Source: Raillietiella orientalis (Eukaryota). Taken from it: a stretch of 64,000 nt of DNA. The DNA lies in assembly GCA_036172245.1 (NCBI GenBank), contig JAYWIR010000026.1, forward strand, positions 1,736,001-1,800,000, given 5' to 3'. Positions 62,261 through 64,000 of the stretch are shown in pieces. The notes beneath the pieces were generated by a model. That model did not search any database and had not been told where the DNA came from. It saw only the letters and a program-made list of their open reading frames with translations. A program made the position numbers and the translations under genes. Every line of letters begins with the position of its first letter. Position 1 is the first letter of the stretch.

Positions 62261-64000
62261 CTTTATACGAGTCCATGATAGATCTAGCGTGGGGCTTGCC
62301 TACATCGTCAAATCCGAAACCGTGGGACCAACAGTCTCTCGCAAGTTTCCATCCTGCTGCGGATCCCTACTGTGAGATCCTGGTCGATTTGGATGCTGGA
62401 AAGGGTTCGCGTGGAGGAGCATCCACTGTCTTCGTGCCCGAGTGCAGTGGCACGCTCGGAAAGTTCCTCCTGCGGATCGCGGCAGTCTCTCAAAATCCCG
62501 AGAAAGAAACGGTTGCAGCAAGTCCATCTGCTTTGCCACCACCGTTCATCCCGGGAGTGTATCGCCACCGTGTTCGGACTCCATCTCCTTTTTTTCCGGG
62601 CGTTCCCACTGTTTGCCCGGGTTTGTCTTCTCGACAGTGGTCGCATTCCTGAGGACGTCTTCTGTATTTGTGTCCAAAGTTCGCCGCATGGAAGATCGAG
62701 GCGTTTCGCCCTCTCATTCTGAGAAAATGAAGTCGCCCTCCCCGTCTCCCAGCTGCCCTCTTCCGAACCGGCGGCACTCTCATTCCTTGGCTGCTTTCCT
62801 CTCGTCCTCCGACGCTGCCCGGCTTCTGGAGCAGGAGCGCGTGGGGATGTTCGTTCGCCGTGGTCGCAGTGGCCCTGAAGCGGGCGGAGAATTCGGCTTC
62901 CTTCGCAAGTGCTGCGCACGGCTCTCCAGAAGGGCACAGGAAGAGGAACCCATCCGCCGGCTGCTCCTCTGCAGGCAGCCGAGGAAGAATCTGCCTGTTC
63001 CCCCCGAAGGCGGCCCCGCGATCGACGATGCGAAACTCCACGGATCCTGTCGACGGTGCTGCATTCTATTGGGGTCACTTGGAAGCTCCACAGGGCAAAC
63101 TCTGCCTCTTCCATCCCTTTTTTTTTTTTTCCTCCCTCCGCTCCGCCACCCAGAAAATCTGAGCTCCCCTCTTTGGGATCTCCCGTCCACACCTCTTTCT
63201 CTTCGGCCTGCTCGCCCCAGGTCATGCCGGTCTCTTTCCCCAGCTCCCAGAATTCGAACCGGAAAGCCGTTCGCTCCCGTCCTGTTTTCTCGGCACGGCT
63301 GTGGGAAGGAGTGATCTGGAGCAATTGGGATCGTCCTGTGAGGAGCAAGCGACGGAAGAAGTCTCTGCAGAAAGTACGGGAAAGAACAAGAGAACGAATG
63401 GACTCTCGGAAAGTCCCCGGGAAGACGTCGTAGCTTCCGGTTGGATGTTCCCGGAAAGGAGATTTTCGGATTCGGACTCGACTTTCGGATCCAGGGGATT
63501 CCTCCCCCCTCCGAAATCGGCCCCGCGGAGGCAGTTCGCCTCGGTACACCTCGAGCGGCGGGTCCCGACGCATCTGACGTGCTCGCGGGCAAGCAAGGAG
63601 GATACGCACGGCCAGGCGTCCTCCTCGACCCCGGACCGGTGGAGATGCGGATGCCGCGGTCGGCAACTTCCAGCCCTCTCAAAGGAGGGGGGGGAGAAAC
63701 GAATCTTCGTCCTTCGGGTCCGCTCTCTCCGCACCATGGACCCATTCCGGGATTCGCTCGAGGACTTCTCGAGGGGGAAGGGAGGGGGAAAGGGGAAGCT
63801 GGATCAACTGGGGTGGATGACGACGGTCCCCCCAGTGGTCTCCATCAGCAAGCCAGCGACGCAGCAGCTGCTCGGGTCTTCCTCGCTGCTGCTTCTGGAG
63901 GATCCGGAGCCTTCGAAGGCGTAAGGAGAATCTGGGGACAGCCGTCAAAAGCCTTTCTGGGAACCTCGGGAACGGTAGTATCCTTTGGGAGCGAGAGGAC

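Noticed and set aside
1..64000. CRISPR arrays, rRNA or operon-like prokaryotic systems
   Set aside because: No regularly spaced repeats or dense gene packing; spliceosomal introns and microsatellites show the DNA is eukaryotic.

Overview
GC-rich (~65% by eye), CpG-rich eukaryotic genomic DNA from an animal, probably an invertebrate or arthropod: no CpG depletion, DRE/TCAGTT core-promoter-like motifs, and a Buster-type hAT element. Most of the window is non-coding, and nearly all long six-frame ORFs are low-complexity GC artefacts. The one well-supported gene is a spliced FGF8/17/18-family growth factor on the + strand (core exons 22016-22165, 22498-22604, 23818-24108), with candidate signal-peptide mini-exons at 20170-21975. 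Other features: a non-autonomous Buster-type hAT element (61643-62260) whose right TIR appears overwritten by a perfect fold-back hairpin, decayed non-LTR retrotransposon fragments, a marked excess of palindromic RFX X-box motifs in two clusters, and Hox/Pbx-type site clusters. Several short ATG-initiated, phase-1 minus-strand exons hint at a large multi-promoter host gene antisense to the FGF gene; this is speculative.
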